From contig JAICWE010000005.1 of NCBI GenBank assembly GCA_025934955.1, positions 11,558 through 75,557 of the forward strand: 64,000 nucleotides of DNA, in the 5' to 3' direction. Of this stretch, positions 10,015-20,400 are shown piece by piece. The notes beneath the pieces are model-generated. The model did not search any database. It was given only the letters and a program-made list of their open reading frames with translations, and was not told the origin of the DNA. This DNA is from Gemmatimonadales bacterium (lineage in GTDB: Bacteria > Gemmatimonadota > Gemmatimonadetes > Gemmatimonadales > GWC2-71-9). How positions within the stretch are numbered: the first letter of the stretch is position 1; every line of letters begins with the position of its first letter. The translations under genes and the position numbers were made by a program.

Positions 10015-11393
10015 TGATCCGGATCACGTTCCACGGCGCCGCCGGCCAGGTCACCGGCTCGATGCACCTGGTCGAAGCGGCCGGTGCCCGCATCCTGCTC
10101 GACTCCGGCCTGTTCCAGGGCCATCGCGCCAAGGCCCGGCGGCTCAACGCCGAGCTGCCGTTCGACGCGCGGCGGATCGACATGGCGGTGCTGAGCCATG
10201 CGCACATCGACCACACCGGGCGGCTGCCGCTGCTGGTGCGCGAGGGCTTCCACAGCCCGATCTACGCGACGCCCGCCACCCGTGACCTCTGCGCGGTCAT
10301 GCTCCCCGACTCGGCCCACGTGCAGGAGAAGGACGCCGAGTTCCTGGCGCGGCGGGGCCAGCCGGGGGGCGAGCCGCTCTACAACGTGGCCGACGCGATC
10401 GCGGTGCAGGACCTCATGGTCGGCGTGCCGTACCGCCGGCCGCTGCACCTGCGCAAGCACCTCACGGTCGAGTTCACCGACGCGGGCCACATTCTCGGTT
10501 CGGCGACGGTGGACCTCCGGCTCAACGAGGACCCGCCGCACCGGCTGGTCTACTCGGGCGACGTCGGCCGCCGCGGGCTGCCGATCATCCGCGACCCCCA
10601 GCCGCCCTCCGGCCCGATCGACACGCTGATCATCGAAAGCACCTATGCCGACCGCGACCACGAGTCCGTGCCCGACGCGGAGGAGCGGCTCGGCGCGGTG
10701 GTACGGGAGACGGCCGCGCGCGGCGGCAAGGTGCTGGTGCCGGCCTTTGCGCTGGGCCGGGCCCAGGAGGTGGTCTACGGACTGCACCAGCTCTGGCGCG
10801 CGGGGAAGATCCCCGAGATCCCCATCTTCCTCGACAGTCCGCTCGGCGTGGACGTGACGACCGTCTTCCGCATGCACCCGGAGATCTTCGATCGGAGCGA
10901 GCGGCTGGTCGAGTCCGGCGCGGCACTGTTCGATTTCCCGCTCGTCCACTACGTGCGCGAGGTGGCCGAGTCGAAGGCGCTGAACGGGCGCCACGGCCCG
11001 GCGGTGATCATCTCCGCCTCGGGCATGGCCGAGTCGGGGCGGATCCTCCATCACCTGGCCCACGGCATCGGCGACCACCGCAATACCGTGCTGTTCGTCG
11101 GCTATCAGGCGGAGGGCACGCTGGGTCGCCGGCTGCAGGATGGCGCCGAGACCGCGAAGATCTTCGGCGAGGAGCTGGCGCGCCGGGCCGAGATCGTCAC
11201 CATCGGCGGCTACTCGGCCCACGCCGACCGGCGGGAGCTGCGCGACTGGGTCCGTCGCCTCGGCGGGCCGATCCGGCGGGCGTTCGTGGTCCACGGGGAG
11301 ACACCGGCGCTCAAGGCGATGGCCGACCTGCTGCGGGAGGAGGGCGTGCCCGAGGTCCACGTCCCCGACCTCGGCGAAACGGTGGAGCTGTAG
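10014..11393 (+). CDS. MBL-fold metallo-hydrolase of the beta-CASP (RNA-metabolising) type
   Basis: 459 aa. '[21 protein letters not shown]...VLSHAHIDHTGRLPLL' carries the HxHxDH motif. C-terminal 'GYSAHADRRELRDWV'. The start overlaps the upp stop (TGATG). Confidence 0.85.
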   Translation: MIRITFHGAAGQVTGSMHLVEAAGARILLDSGLFQGHRAKARRLNAELPFDARRIDMAVLSHAHIDHTGRLPLLVREGFHSPIYATPATRDLCAVMLPDSAHVQEKDAEFLARRGQPGGEPLYNVADAIAVQDLMVGVPYRRPLHLRKHLTVEFTDAGHILGSATVDLRLNEDPPHRLVYSGDVGRRGLPIIRDPQPPSGPIDTLIIESTYADRDHESVPDAEERLGAVVRETAARGGKVLVPAFALGRAQEVVYGLHQLWRAGKIPEIPIFLDSPLGVDVTTVFRMHPEIFDRSERLVESGAALFDFPLVHYVREVAESKALNGRHGPAVIISASGMAESGRILHHLAHGIGDHRNTVLFVGYQAEGTLGRRLQDGAETAKIFGEELARRAEIVTIGGYSAHADRRELRDWVRRLGGPIRRAFVVHGETPALKAMADLLREEGVPEVHVPDLGETVEL

Positions 11394-11399
11394 AGCGGC

Positions 11400-12011
11400 G
11401 TGCGTCGCGTCGCCCGGCTTCTGGTTGCGTTAGGCATCGTGGCAGTGGCGGTGTTCGCCTCGGCGTTCGTGCTGGTGCTGGTGGTGTCGCAGCAGGACGA
11501 GCGGCGGCCGGTGGACGCGATCATCGTGCTGGGGGCGGCGCAGTACAACGGCCGGCCGTCGCCGGTGCTGCGGGCGCGGCTGAGCCACGCGCTCCGGCTG
11601 TACGACGATCGGCTGGCGCCGCGCATCATCGTCACCGGGGGCGTCGGCCGGGGCGATACGGCGAGCGAGGCGCGGGTGGGCCAGCGCTGGCTGCTGGCGC
11701 ACCACGTTCCCGACAGCGCGGTGATCGTGCAGCCGCAGGGCCGCTCGACCCAGGCCTCGATGACGGCGGCGGGCGAATGGCTCGCCGCGCGCGGCCTCGG
11801 CACCGTGCTCCTGGTGAGCGACCCGTTCCACATGGCGCGACTCCGCTTCGAGGCGCGCCGCACCCGGCTCACCGCCTACCTCTCACCGACCGAGACCAGC
11901 CCCATTTCCGACAACCCCGTGCTCGAGCTCGAGTACCTCGCCGCCGAGACGCTCAAGGTGCCGGTGGCGTGGGTGCGGAGCTGGCCGCTCTTCAGCCCGA
12001 GGAATCCGTGA
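11400..12011 (+). CDS. DUF218 / YdcF (ElyC/SanA-like) family protein
   Basis: GTG start, 203 aa, N-terminal TM segment. 'VDAIIVLGAAQYNGRPSPVLRARLSHALRLYDDRLAPRIIVTGG'. Confidence 0.8.
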   Translation: MRRVARLLVALGIVAVAVFASAFVLVLVVSQQDERRPVDAIIVLGAAQYNGRPSPVLRARLSHALRLYDDRLAPRIIVTGGVGRGDTASEARVGQRWLLAHHVPDSAVIVQPQGRSTQASMTAAGEWLAARGLGTVLLVSDPFHMARLRFEARRTRLTAYLSPTETSPISDNPVLELEYLAAETLKVPVAWVRSWPLFSPRNP

Positions 12012-13399
12012 TGCCCGCTCCACCGTGCCGCGCCGCCGCGGCACTGCTCGTCGTCATGCTGGCCACCGCCGCGCCGGCCGCCGCGCAGCGCGCGGAGACG
12101 CGCGCGCCGCTCGACGTCGCCTACACCAGCGACACGCTGCCTAACGGGATGATCCTGGTGGTGCACGAGGACCACTCCACGCCCATCGTGAGCGTGAGCA
12201 CGCTGCGCCGGGTCGGCTCCGCCGACGAGAAGCCGGGCCATACCGGCTTCGCCCACCTGTACGAGCACCTGATGTTCATGGGCTCGGAGCACGCGCCCTA
12301 CCCGCAGTTCGACCGCCTGCTCGAGGCGGCCGGCGCGGACAACAATGCGTACACCACCGAGGACCGGACGGTGTACTACGAGAAGGGTCCGAGCAGCGCG
12401 CTCCCGCTGATGCTCTGGCTCGAGGCCGACCGCACCGGCTGGTTCCTCCAGACGATGGACTCGGCCAAGGTGGACCTGCAGCGCAACGTGGTGAAGAACG
12501 AGCGGCGGCAGAGCTACGAGAACCAGCCCTACGGCCTCGCCAGCGAGACGATCCTCCGCATGCTCTATCCCGAGGGGCACCCGTACCACTGGCCGGTCAT
12601 CGGCTCGATGGCCGACCTGACCCGGGCGTCGGTGGAGGACGTGAAGGATTTCTTCCGCCGCTACTACGCCCCGGACAACACCACCATGGTCGTGGCGGGC
12701 GACGTGAAGGCCGATTCGGTGCGTCGCCTGGTGCGCGGCTGGTTCGCACGGATACCGCGCGGGCCCGAGATCACCCGGCCCGCGCCCGCACCGTTTGCGC
12801 TGTCGCGCGACACCGCCGCGGTGCTCCAGGACCGGGTGCAGCTCCCCCGGCTCTACTACACCTGGCACACGGTCAAGCGCGGCGCGCCCGACGATGCGCC
12901 GCTCCAGATCCTCGCCTACGTGCTGACCGGCGCCAAGAACGGTCGGCTCACCCAGCCGATGGTCTACGAGCAGGCGCTCGCGGCCGACGTGGACGCGAGC
13001 CCCGACCCCAAGCGGCTCGACGGCGACTTCACGATTCAGGCGACGGCGCGCCCCGGCAAGGCGCTGCCCGAGCTCCAGGCGTTCATCGACAAGGAGCTCG
13101 CCCGCCTCGCGGCCGACGGCCCGACCGCGCGCGAGCTGCAGCAGGCCCGGAACACCATCGAGGCGAGCTTCCTCCAGCGACTCGAGCGGGTGAGCGGCAA
13201 GGCGGAGGCGATGAACCAGTACCTCTTCTACTACAACGATGCCGACTACTTCCAGCACGATCTCGATCGCTACCTCGCCGTCACCGCCGACGACGTGAAA
13301 CGGGTCGCGGCGCAGTATCTCACCGCCCACAAGGTGATCCTGAGCGTGGTGCCCGAGGGCAAGCCCGAGCTCGCCGCGCACTCGGGGGTGAACCCGTGA
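12011..13399 (+). CDS. M16 (pitrilysin) family zinc peptidase, active-site subunit
   Basis: ATG 12011 overlaps the upstream stop. Signal peptide present. HxxEH motif in 'GFAHLYEHLMFMGS'. Confidence 0.85.
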   Translation: MPAPPCRAAAALLVVMLATAAPAAAQRAETRAPLDVAYTSDTLPNGMILVVHEDHSTPIVSVSTLRRVGSADEKPGHTGFAHLYEHLMFMGSEHAPYPQFDRLLEAAGADNNAYTTEDRTVYYEKGPSSALPLMLWLEADRTGWFLQTMDSAKVDLQRNVVKNERRQSYENQPYGLASETILRMLYPEGHPYHWPVIGSMADLTRASVEDVKDFFRRYYAPDNTTMVVAGDVKADSVRRLVRGWFARIPRGPEITRPAPAPFALSRDTAAVLQDRVQLPRLYYTWHTVKRGAPDDAPLQILAYVLTGAKNGRLTQPMVYEQALAADVDASPDPKRLDGDFTIQATARPGKALPELQAFIDKELARLAADGPTARELQQARNTIEASFLQRLERVSGKAEAMNQYLFYYNDADYFQHDLDRYLAVTADDVKRVAAQYLTAHKVILSVVPEGKPELAAHSGVNP

Positions 13400-14838
13400 C
13401 CCGCTGCCTCGTCGCCGCCATCGCGGTGCTTGCCGCATCCGTGCCGCAATCGGTTGCGGCACAGCAGCTCGACATCACCCACCGCCCGCCGCTGGCGGCA
13501 CCGGCGCCTCTCAGGATCCCCCGGGCCCAGCGGAGCGTCCTGCCTAACGGCGTCACGCTCTACGTCATCGAGCAGCACGAGGTCCCGCTGGTGGACGCGG
13601 TGCTCTCGGTCCGGGGCGGCGGCCGCGCCGACCAGGACCGGCCGGGGCTCGCCTCGTTCACCGCCGACATGCTCGACGAGGGTGCCGACACGCTCGATGC
13701 CTTCGGGATCGCCGCGCAAGCCGCCTATCTCGGCGCCGAGCTCGAGACCCGGGCCGACTGGGACCGGACGCTCGTGTCGCTCAAGGTGCCGAAGCATTCG
13801 CTGGCGGCGGCGCTGGACCTCATGGCGACGGTCTCGCTCGAGCCGAGCTTCCACTCGGCGGACGTCGCGCGCGAGCGCGAGCTGCGGCTGGCCGAGATCC
13901 TCCAGGAGCGCGACCAGCCGGAAGCCGTGGCATCGCACGCCTTCAGCGCCGTCGTCTTTCCCATCGGCCATCCCTACCACGAGCCGCTTGGCGGCGACTC
14001 GGCGGCGACCGCGGCGCTCGACTCCGCGGGCGTGCGCGCGTTCTACGCCGAGACCTTCCGGCCGGACCGCGCCAGCATCATCGTCTCCGGCGACATCACC
14101 CTCGCCGAGGCGACCGCCGCGATCACGCGGGCATTCGGCGGATGGCGTGCCGCGGCCGGCACAACCCCGGCCCCGACCGCGGCACCGGCGCCGGCCACCC
14201 GCGCCACCACCGTGTATCTGGTCGACAAGCCCAATGCGGCGCAGTCGGTCATCGCCATCGGCAACCCCGGCGTGGATCGACGCAGTCCGGACTATTACGC
14301 GCTCCAGGTGATGAACACGCTGCTCGGCGGCTCCTTCTCGTCGCGGCTCAATCAGAATCTGCGGGAGACGAAGGGCTACGCCTACGGCGCCGGCTCGTCG
14401 TTCCAGTACCGGCCCCTGCCCGGACCGTTCATCGCGAGCGCGGCCGTGCGCACCGACGTCACCGACAGCTCGCTGATCGAGTTCTTCAAGGAATTCAAGC
14501 GACTGCGCGACTCGGCGGTCACGCCGGTGGAGCTCACGCGCGCCAAGTCGTACATCGCGCTCGGTCTGCCGGGCGAGTTCGAGACGGCGGGCGATCTCGC
14601 GTCGCAGCTCAGCCGGCTGCTCGTCTTCGGCCTGCCGCTCGAGTACTACCGCACCTACGTGCCCCGCATCATGGCGGTCACCGCCGCCGACGTGCAGCGC
14701 GTGGCGCGGAAATACATCCGGCCCGACCGCGTGAGCGTCGTCGTGGTGGGCGACGCGGCGAAGATCCGCTCCGGCATCGAGGCGCTGCACCTCGGGCCGC
14801 TGCAGCAGGTGGACATGGAAGGAAGGCCGGCGCCATGA
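13396..14838 (+). CDS. M16 family peptidase, second (probably non-catalytic) subunit
   Basis: GTGA overlap with the previous gene. 480 aa with signal peptide. Paralogous M16 fold without an obvious HxxEH motif. Confidence 0.8.
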   Translation: MTRCLVAAIAVLAASVPQSVAAQQLDITHRPPLAAPAPLRIPRAQRSVLPNGVTLYVIEQHEVPLVDAVLSVRGGGRADQDRPGLASFTADMLDEGADTLDAFGIAAQAAYLGAELETRADWDRTLVSLKVPKHSLAAALDLMATVSLEPSFHSADVARERELRLAEILQERDQPEAVASHAFSAVVFPIGHPYHEPLGGDSAATAALDSAGVRAFYAETFRPDRASIIVSGDITLAEATAAITRAFGGWRAAAGTTPAPTAAPAPATRATTVYLVDKPNAAQSVIAIGNPGVDRRSPDYYALQVMNTLLGGSFSSRLNQNLRETKGYAYGAGSSFQYRPLPGPFIASAAVRTDVTDSSLIEFFKEFKRLRDSAVTPVELTRAKSYIALGLPGEFETAGDLASQLSRLLVFGLPLEYYRTYVPRIMAVTAADVQRVARKYIRPDRVSVVVVGDAAKIRSGIEALHLGPLQQVDMEGRPAP

Positions 14839-15377
14839 CGCTGCTCGCCACCGAGCGGATCTACGGCGGCCGCGTCGTCAACCTCGAGCGCGACACGGTG
14901 CGCTTCCCGGACGGCTCCGTCGGCACGCTCGAGATGCTGCGCCACCCCGGCGCGGCCGCGGTCCTGCCGTTCCTCGACGATCCCGCCGCCGCCGACCCGC
15001 GAGTCGTGCTGATCCGCCAGTTCCGCCACGCGGCGGACGGATTCATCTGGGAGGTTCCCGCCGGCCGCCTCGATCCCGGCGAGGCGCCCGATGCCTGCGC
15101 CCGCCGCGAGCTGGAGGAGGAGAGCGGCTACCGCGCCGGAGCGCTCCGGCCGCTCACCACGATCTACACCACGCCCGGCTTCACCGACGAGCGGATCCAC
15201 CTCTTCCTGGCGCACGACCTGGACGAACGCGAGCATCATCGCGAGCCGGACGAGTTCATGGAGGTCCACCGGGTGCGGTGGTCGGACGTGCTCGCCCGCG
15301 TCCGGAGTGGCGAGATCGACGACGGAAAGACCCTCGCGGCGATCCTCTACGTGCAGGCCTGCCTTCGCTCCGGCTGA
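14835..15377 (+). CDS. NUDIX hydrolase (ADP-ribose pyrophosphatase-like)
   Basis: ATGA overlap with the upstream gene. 180 aa. Nudix box 'GRLDPGEAPDACARRELEEESGY'. Confidence 0.85.
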   Translation: MTLLATERIYGGRVVNLERDTVRFPDGSVGTLEMLRHPGAAAVLPFLDDPAAADPRVVLIRQFRHAADGFIWEVPAGRLDPGEAPDACARRELEEESGYRAGALRPLTTIYTTPGFTDERIHLFLAHDLDEREHHREPDEFMEVHRVRWSDVLARVRSGEIDDGKTLAAILYVQACLRSG

Positions 15378-15402
15378 CACTCCTGCTTCGCGACACGGAG
15401 CC

Positions 15403-15432
15403 CTGACGGACGGCGCCTCACCGCCCTACAAT
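15403..15432 (+). promoter_or_regulatory. Sigma-70-like promoter CTGACG-N18-TACAAT, with the -10 ending 7 nt before the holA ATG (leaderless candidate)
   Basis: TACAAT at 15427-15432, then tcgtcgc, then ATG 15440. No SD. Confidence 0.45.
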
Positions 15433-15439
15433 TCGTCGC

Positions 15440-16495
15440 ATGGCCGTCCAGACCCACGATCAACTCACGCGGTCGCTCAACAAGGGCGAGCTCGCCCCGG
15501 TGTACTACCTGTTCGGCGCCGAAGACCTCCTCAAGGACGAGGCGGTCCGCCGGATCGGCGACATCGCGCTCGACGCCGCGCTGCGCGACTTCAACTACGA
15601 CGCCCGCTCCGCTACCGGCCTCGACCCCGAGGACGTCTACGCGCTCTGCAATACACTGCCGATGATGGCCGAGCGGCGGGTCGTGGTGCTGCGCGACGTC
15701 GAAGCGTGGCAGAAGCGAGCCCGCGGCCGCGCCGAGCTGATCCGCTACCTCGAGCGGCCGGCCGCGGAGACGGTGCTCATCCTCGTGCAGGGGAGCGGCG
15801 CTGCGGACGTCGACGCGGACCTCGCGAAGCATGCCTGTGCGGTGCGCTTCGATCAGCTCCCGCCCGATCGGGCGCTCCGTTGGATCGCGCATACGGGCTC
15901 GCAGCTCGGCTTGACCGTACCGCCCGGGGCGGCGGAGCACCTGCTCGCCTGCGTCGGCAACGACCTCGGGGTGCTCCGCTCCGAGCTGGAGAAGCTGGCG
16001 GCATTGCCGGACGGCACCGAGATCACCCGTGACCTCGTCGGCGACATCGTCGGCGTGCGATACGGCGAGACGACGCTCGACTGGCGCGACGCGCTGCTCG
16101 ACGGCGATGCCGGCCGCGCCGCCCTCCTGCTCGAGCCGCTGCTGGCGCAGAGCGGCGTCTCCGGCGTCAAGCTCCTCACGCTGCTCGGCAGCTCGCTGAT
16201 CGGCGTCGGCATCGCGCGGGCGCATCTTGATCGCGGCGTGAGCGGCCGGGCCCTCGAGAGCACGCTGCTCGAGACGATCAAGCGGGCGCGCGTGTTTGGT
16301 CTCGGCCCGTGGGGTCAGGAGGCCCGCCGCTGGAGCGAGTGGGCCGCGCGCTGGCCGGCGGCGCGGGTCAAGGCCGCACTGCGTGCCGCGCTCGAGGCCG
16401 ACCAGCGGCTCAAGAGCACCACGATCTCCGACGAGCGCGGTGTGCTGCTCGACCTCGTCATGCGCTGCACCATCCCGTGGCGAGAGGCGGCGTGA
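15440..16495 (+). CDS. holA: DNA polymerase III subunit delta
   Basis: 351 aa. 'LAPVYYLFGAEDLLKDEAVRRI' plus overall delta-subunit architecture. Confidence 0.8.
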   Translation: MAVQTHDQLTRSLNKGELAPVYYLFGAEDLLKDEAVRRIGDIALDAALRDFNYDARSATGLDPEDVYALCNTLPMMAERRVVVLRDVEAWQKRARGRAELIRYLERPAAETVLILVQGSGAADVDADLAKHACAVRFDQLPPDRALRWIAHTGSQLGLTVPPGAAEHLLACVGNDLGVLRSELEKLAALPDGTEITRDLVGDIVGVRYGETTLDWRDALLDGDAGRAALLLEPLLAQSGVSGVKLLTLLGSSLIGVGIARAHLDRGVSGRALESTLLETIKRARVFGLGPWGQEARRWSEWAARWPAARVKAALRAALEADQRLKSTTISDERGVLLDLVMRCTIPWREAA

Positions 16496-17418
16496 ACCGG
16501 CCGCTTCCCGCCGCCGTGGCGCTGCTCGGACTTGGCGCGGTGCTCGCTGCCGCGACGCCGGCGCGGTGCGCGGCGCAGACCGACAGCCGCCTGGCGGCCG
16601 CGGTCCGACTCGCGCAGGAGGGCGAGGGCGACTCGGCGCGGGCCGCCGTGCAGCGCATCCTGGCGGCGACCGCGCCGAGCGATCCGCTCTATCCGGAGGT
16701 GCTGCTCGCCGCGGCGACGACCGCCGGCAGCGCGGTGGACCGCCAGCGCGCGCTCCAGCGCATCGCGGTCGAGTACCCCAACTCCGCCTGGGCCGACGAC
16801 GCGCTGCTCGGCCTCGCGGAGCTGAGCTACGCCAGCGGCGATCTGCCCGGCGCGGCGAAGAATCTCGAGCGGCTGCGCCTCGATTATCCCGCGACACCGC
16901 TGCTCGGCACCGCGGCCGTCTGGGCCGCAAAGGTCTACACCGAGGCGAAGGATCCGGCGAGCGCCTGCCGCTGGGTGGCGGCCGGCACCGCCGCCGCCGG
17001 CGGCAACCTGGAGCTGCGCAATCAGCTCGCGTTCTACGGCGCGCGCTGCCAGGGCGTGGACACCAGCACCGCGGCCGCGACCACGGACTCCTCCCCGGCA
17101 GCGTCCCCCTCCGCGGCTCCGCCGCCGCCCCCGCCTGCAACGGCGCCGGCACCGGCACCGTCCGCGGCGGCTCGGAAGCCGGTGTTCCGGATTCAGGTCG
17201 TCGCCGCGCCGGACGAGGCAGGCGCCAGGCGCGCGGCGGCCCGGCTTCACGCCGCGGGTATCGCGCCGGTCGTCGCGCACGAAGGCGGCTTCTGGAAGGT
17301 GCGCGGCGGCAGCTATCCGACCCGCGCCGAGGCGCAGGCGGCGCTCGCGAAGATCCGCGCGCGCCTCGGCGGCGCGCCGTTCATCGTAAGCGACAGCACC
17401 AGTCCCATCGCCCCGTGA
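16492..17418 (+). CDS. Secreted TPR-like / SPOR-domain protein
   Basis: GTG 16492 (GTGA overlap with holA). Signal 'VNRPLPAAVALLGLGAVLAAATPARCAAQ'. Pro/Ala linker. C-terminal SPOR-like 'FRIQVVAAPDEAGARRAAARLHAAGIAPVVAHEGGFWKVRGGSYPTRAEAQAALAKI'. Confidence 0.7.
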   Translation: MNRPLPAAVALLGLGAVLAAATPARCAAQTDSRLAAAVRLAQEGEGDSARAAVQRILAATAPSDPLYPEVLLAAATTAGSAVDRQRALQRIAVEYPNSAWADDALLGLAELSYASGDLPGAAKNLERLRLDYPATPLLGTAAVWAAKVYTEAKDPASACRWVAAGTAAAGGNLELRNQLAFYGARCQGVDTSTAAATTDSSPAASPSAAPPPPPPATAPAPAPSAAARKPVFRIQVVAAPDEAGARRAAARLHAAGIAPVVAHEGGFWKVRGGSYPTRAEAQAALAKIRARLGGAPFIVSDSTSPIAP

Positions 17419-20400
17419 AGAGCTACCGGTCGGTCCGTCAGGGCATCGGCGCCGCCTTTGCCGTCGCGCTGCTGCTGCTCGCCGCGGTCATCATCCTGTC
17501 GTACTCGAGTACCGCGCGCTTCGGCCAGGTCAACCAGCGCGCGCTGACGGCGAATGCCCGGCTGCTGGAGCTGGAGCAGACGCTGTCGGCGATGCGCGAT
17601 GCCGAGACCGGGCAGCGCGGCTTCCTGCTGACCGGCGACTCCAGCTATCTCGCCCCCTACTTCGCGGCCGAGGCGGAAGCCGCCGGCCACCTCGAGCGGC
17701 TGCGCGCGCTCTACGGCCGGGCCGCCGCGAACGCCGGGACCGTGGACTCCATCGCGCGCCTGACGATGGCCAAGCAGGCCGAGCTCGATTCCAGCATCCG
17801 CGTCTACCGCATGAAGGGACAGACCGCGGCGCTCGGCTTCGTGGCGGCGGGCGCGGGCAAGGCGGTGATGGACACGCTGCGCGCGGTGGTGACCGGGGCC
17901 GAGCGGCAGGAGCGGGTGGCGCTCCAGCGCGACGTGGCCGCGCGCCGCGCCAGCGCCCGGCAGAGCTTCGCGGCGGTGGTGGCGCTGGCGCTGAGCAGCG
18001 TTCTGCTGCTCGGCGCGGCGCTGATCGCGGGGCTGAACGCGATCACCGAGCGGGTGCGCTCCGAGCGCGCCCTCGAGGCCGAGCGCGCGCTGCTGGAACA
18101 GCGGGTGGGGGACCGCACCGCGGAGCTCGAGGTCGAACGCACCCGCGCGGTGGATGCGGCGGAGCGGGCGGAACAGGCGGCGCTCGAGGCCGAGGAGTCG
18201 AGTGCCGAGGCGGAAATGGCGGCGGACGAGGCGGCCCAGTCGCTCGCCGCGCGGCTGGCCGCCGAGCAGGCGCAGAGCGCGGCCGACGTGCGCCACCGCG
18301 CGCTCGTCGCGCAGGTGCAGGACTACGCCATCTTCTCCCTCGACGTCGAAGGCCACCCGACCAGCTGGAACGAAGGCGTGGAGCGCACGCTCGGCTGGAC
18401 GGAGGCCGAGTTCATCGGCGGGAATGTGGACGCCATCTTCACGCCCGAGGACGTCGCCGACGGCGTGCCCGGGCGGGAGCTGGCGTACGCGGCGGCACAC
18501 GGCACGGCCAACAACGACCGCTGGATGCGCCGCAAGGGCGGTGAGCGCTTCTTCGCCAACGGCACCACGACCGCGGTGCGCGACGCGAGCGGCCAGCTGG
18601 TCGGATACACCAAGGTCATGCGCGACCGCACCGAGCAGAAGCTGGCCGACGAGGCGCTGCAGCGCAGCGAGGAACGTTTCCGCAGCGTCGCCCGCGCCAC
18701 CCGCGAGGCGATCTGGGATTGGGACCTGGCGAGCGGCGGGCTGGAGTGGAACGAGGGAATGGAGGCGCTCTTCGGCTATCGCCTGGCCACGATCACGCCG
18801 GCCATCGACTGGTGGGCCGAGCGGGTTCACCCCGAGGACCGCGACCGGGTCGTGTCGTCCATCGAGGGCGCCGTCCACGGCAGCAGCAAGTACTGGAGCG
18901 AGGACTATCGCTTCCAGCGCGTCGACGGGAGCTACGCGATCGTGACCGATCGCGGCGTCATCGAACGGGATGACGACGGCCGCGCCCGCCGCATGATCGG
19001 CACGATGGCCGACGTGAGCGAGCGCCGCGCCGCCGAGCGCGAGGCCCGCCTGTTCGTGCAGGTGGTGGAGGCGAGCACCGATTTCGTCGGCGTCAGCACC
19101 ATGGACGGGCGCGCGTTCTACGTGAATGAGGCCGGGCGCCGGCTGGTCGGGCTGCCCGACATGGCCGCAGTGCAGCGCACCCACGTCTTCGATTACTTCC
19201 CCGAGCGCGACCGCGAGCGCGTGGCCGAACGGATCTGGCCCATCGTGCTCGAGGCCGGCCACTGGGACGGCGACATCCGCTTCCGCCACTTCGAGACCGG
19301 CGAGGAAGTGCTGGTCCACTGGAACGTCTTCCTGGTGCGCGACAGCGACACCGGGCAGCCGATCGCGGTCGGCTGCGTGAGCCCGGACCTCACCGAGCGC
19401 CGGCGGGTCGAGGAGCAGCTGGCGCAGGCGCAGCGGATGGAGGCGATCGGCCGCCTCGCCGGCGGTGTCGCCCACGACCTCAACAACATGCTCACCGCGA
19501 TCGTGGGCCACGCGATGTTCCTGGAGCAGGGCTTCGAGGCCGGCGATCCACGGCTGCAGGACGTCGCCCAGATCAACACCGCCGCCGAGCGCTCCGCCAC
19601 GCTCACCCGCTCGCTGCTCGCCTTTGCGCGGCGCGAGCTGGTGCAGCCGCGCCAGCTCGACCTGAACACCCTGGTGCGCGACATGGAGCGCATGCTGCGG
19701 CCCGCGCTCGGCGAAGGCATCGACTTCGAGCTGCGGCTCGACCCGCGGCCGCAGACCGTGGTGGCCGACCGGAGTCGCATCGAGCAGGTGATCCTGAATC
19801 TCTGCCTCAACGCCCGCGACGCCATGCCGCAGGGCGGCCGGCTGACCCTGGAGACGACGCCCGCCCGGCTCGACGAGGCGTACGCCGATCGGCACCCCGG
19901 CACCGTCATCGGCGCCGGGCGGTACGTGCGGCTTGCCGTCATCGACACCGGCGTCGGCATGACGGCGGACACCCAGGCGCGCATCTTCGAGCCGTTCTTC
20001 ACGACCAAGGGCGTCGGCGAAGGCACCGGCCTCGGTCTCTCGACCGTCTACGGCTCGGTGAAGCAGGCCGAGGGTTTCGTCTGGGTGTACAGCGAGCCGG
20101 GGCATGGCACCGCTTTCCACGTTTATCTGCCGCAGGCCGCAGCGCCGGCGAGCGCCACCGCCACGCCGCCTCGCCCGACGCCGGTTCCCCGCGGCGCGGC
20201 GGAGACGGTGCTCATCGTGGAAGACGACGAGCTCGTGCGCGAGATCGCCTGCCGCGCGCTGCAGGAGAGCGGGTACAACTGTCTGTCGGCGCGAGACGGC
20301 CGCGAGGCGCTCGCCCTCGCGGCCAGCCACGCCGGTCGGCTCGATCTCGTCGTCACTGACGCCGTCATGCCGGGCATGACCGGCGGCGAGCTGGCGACGC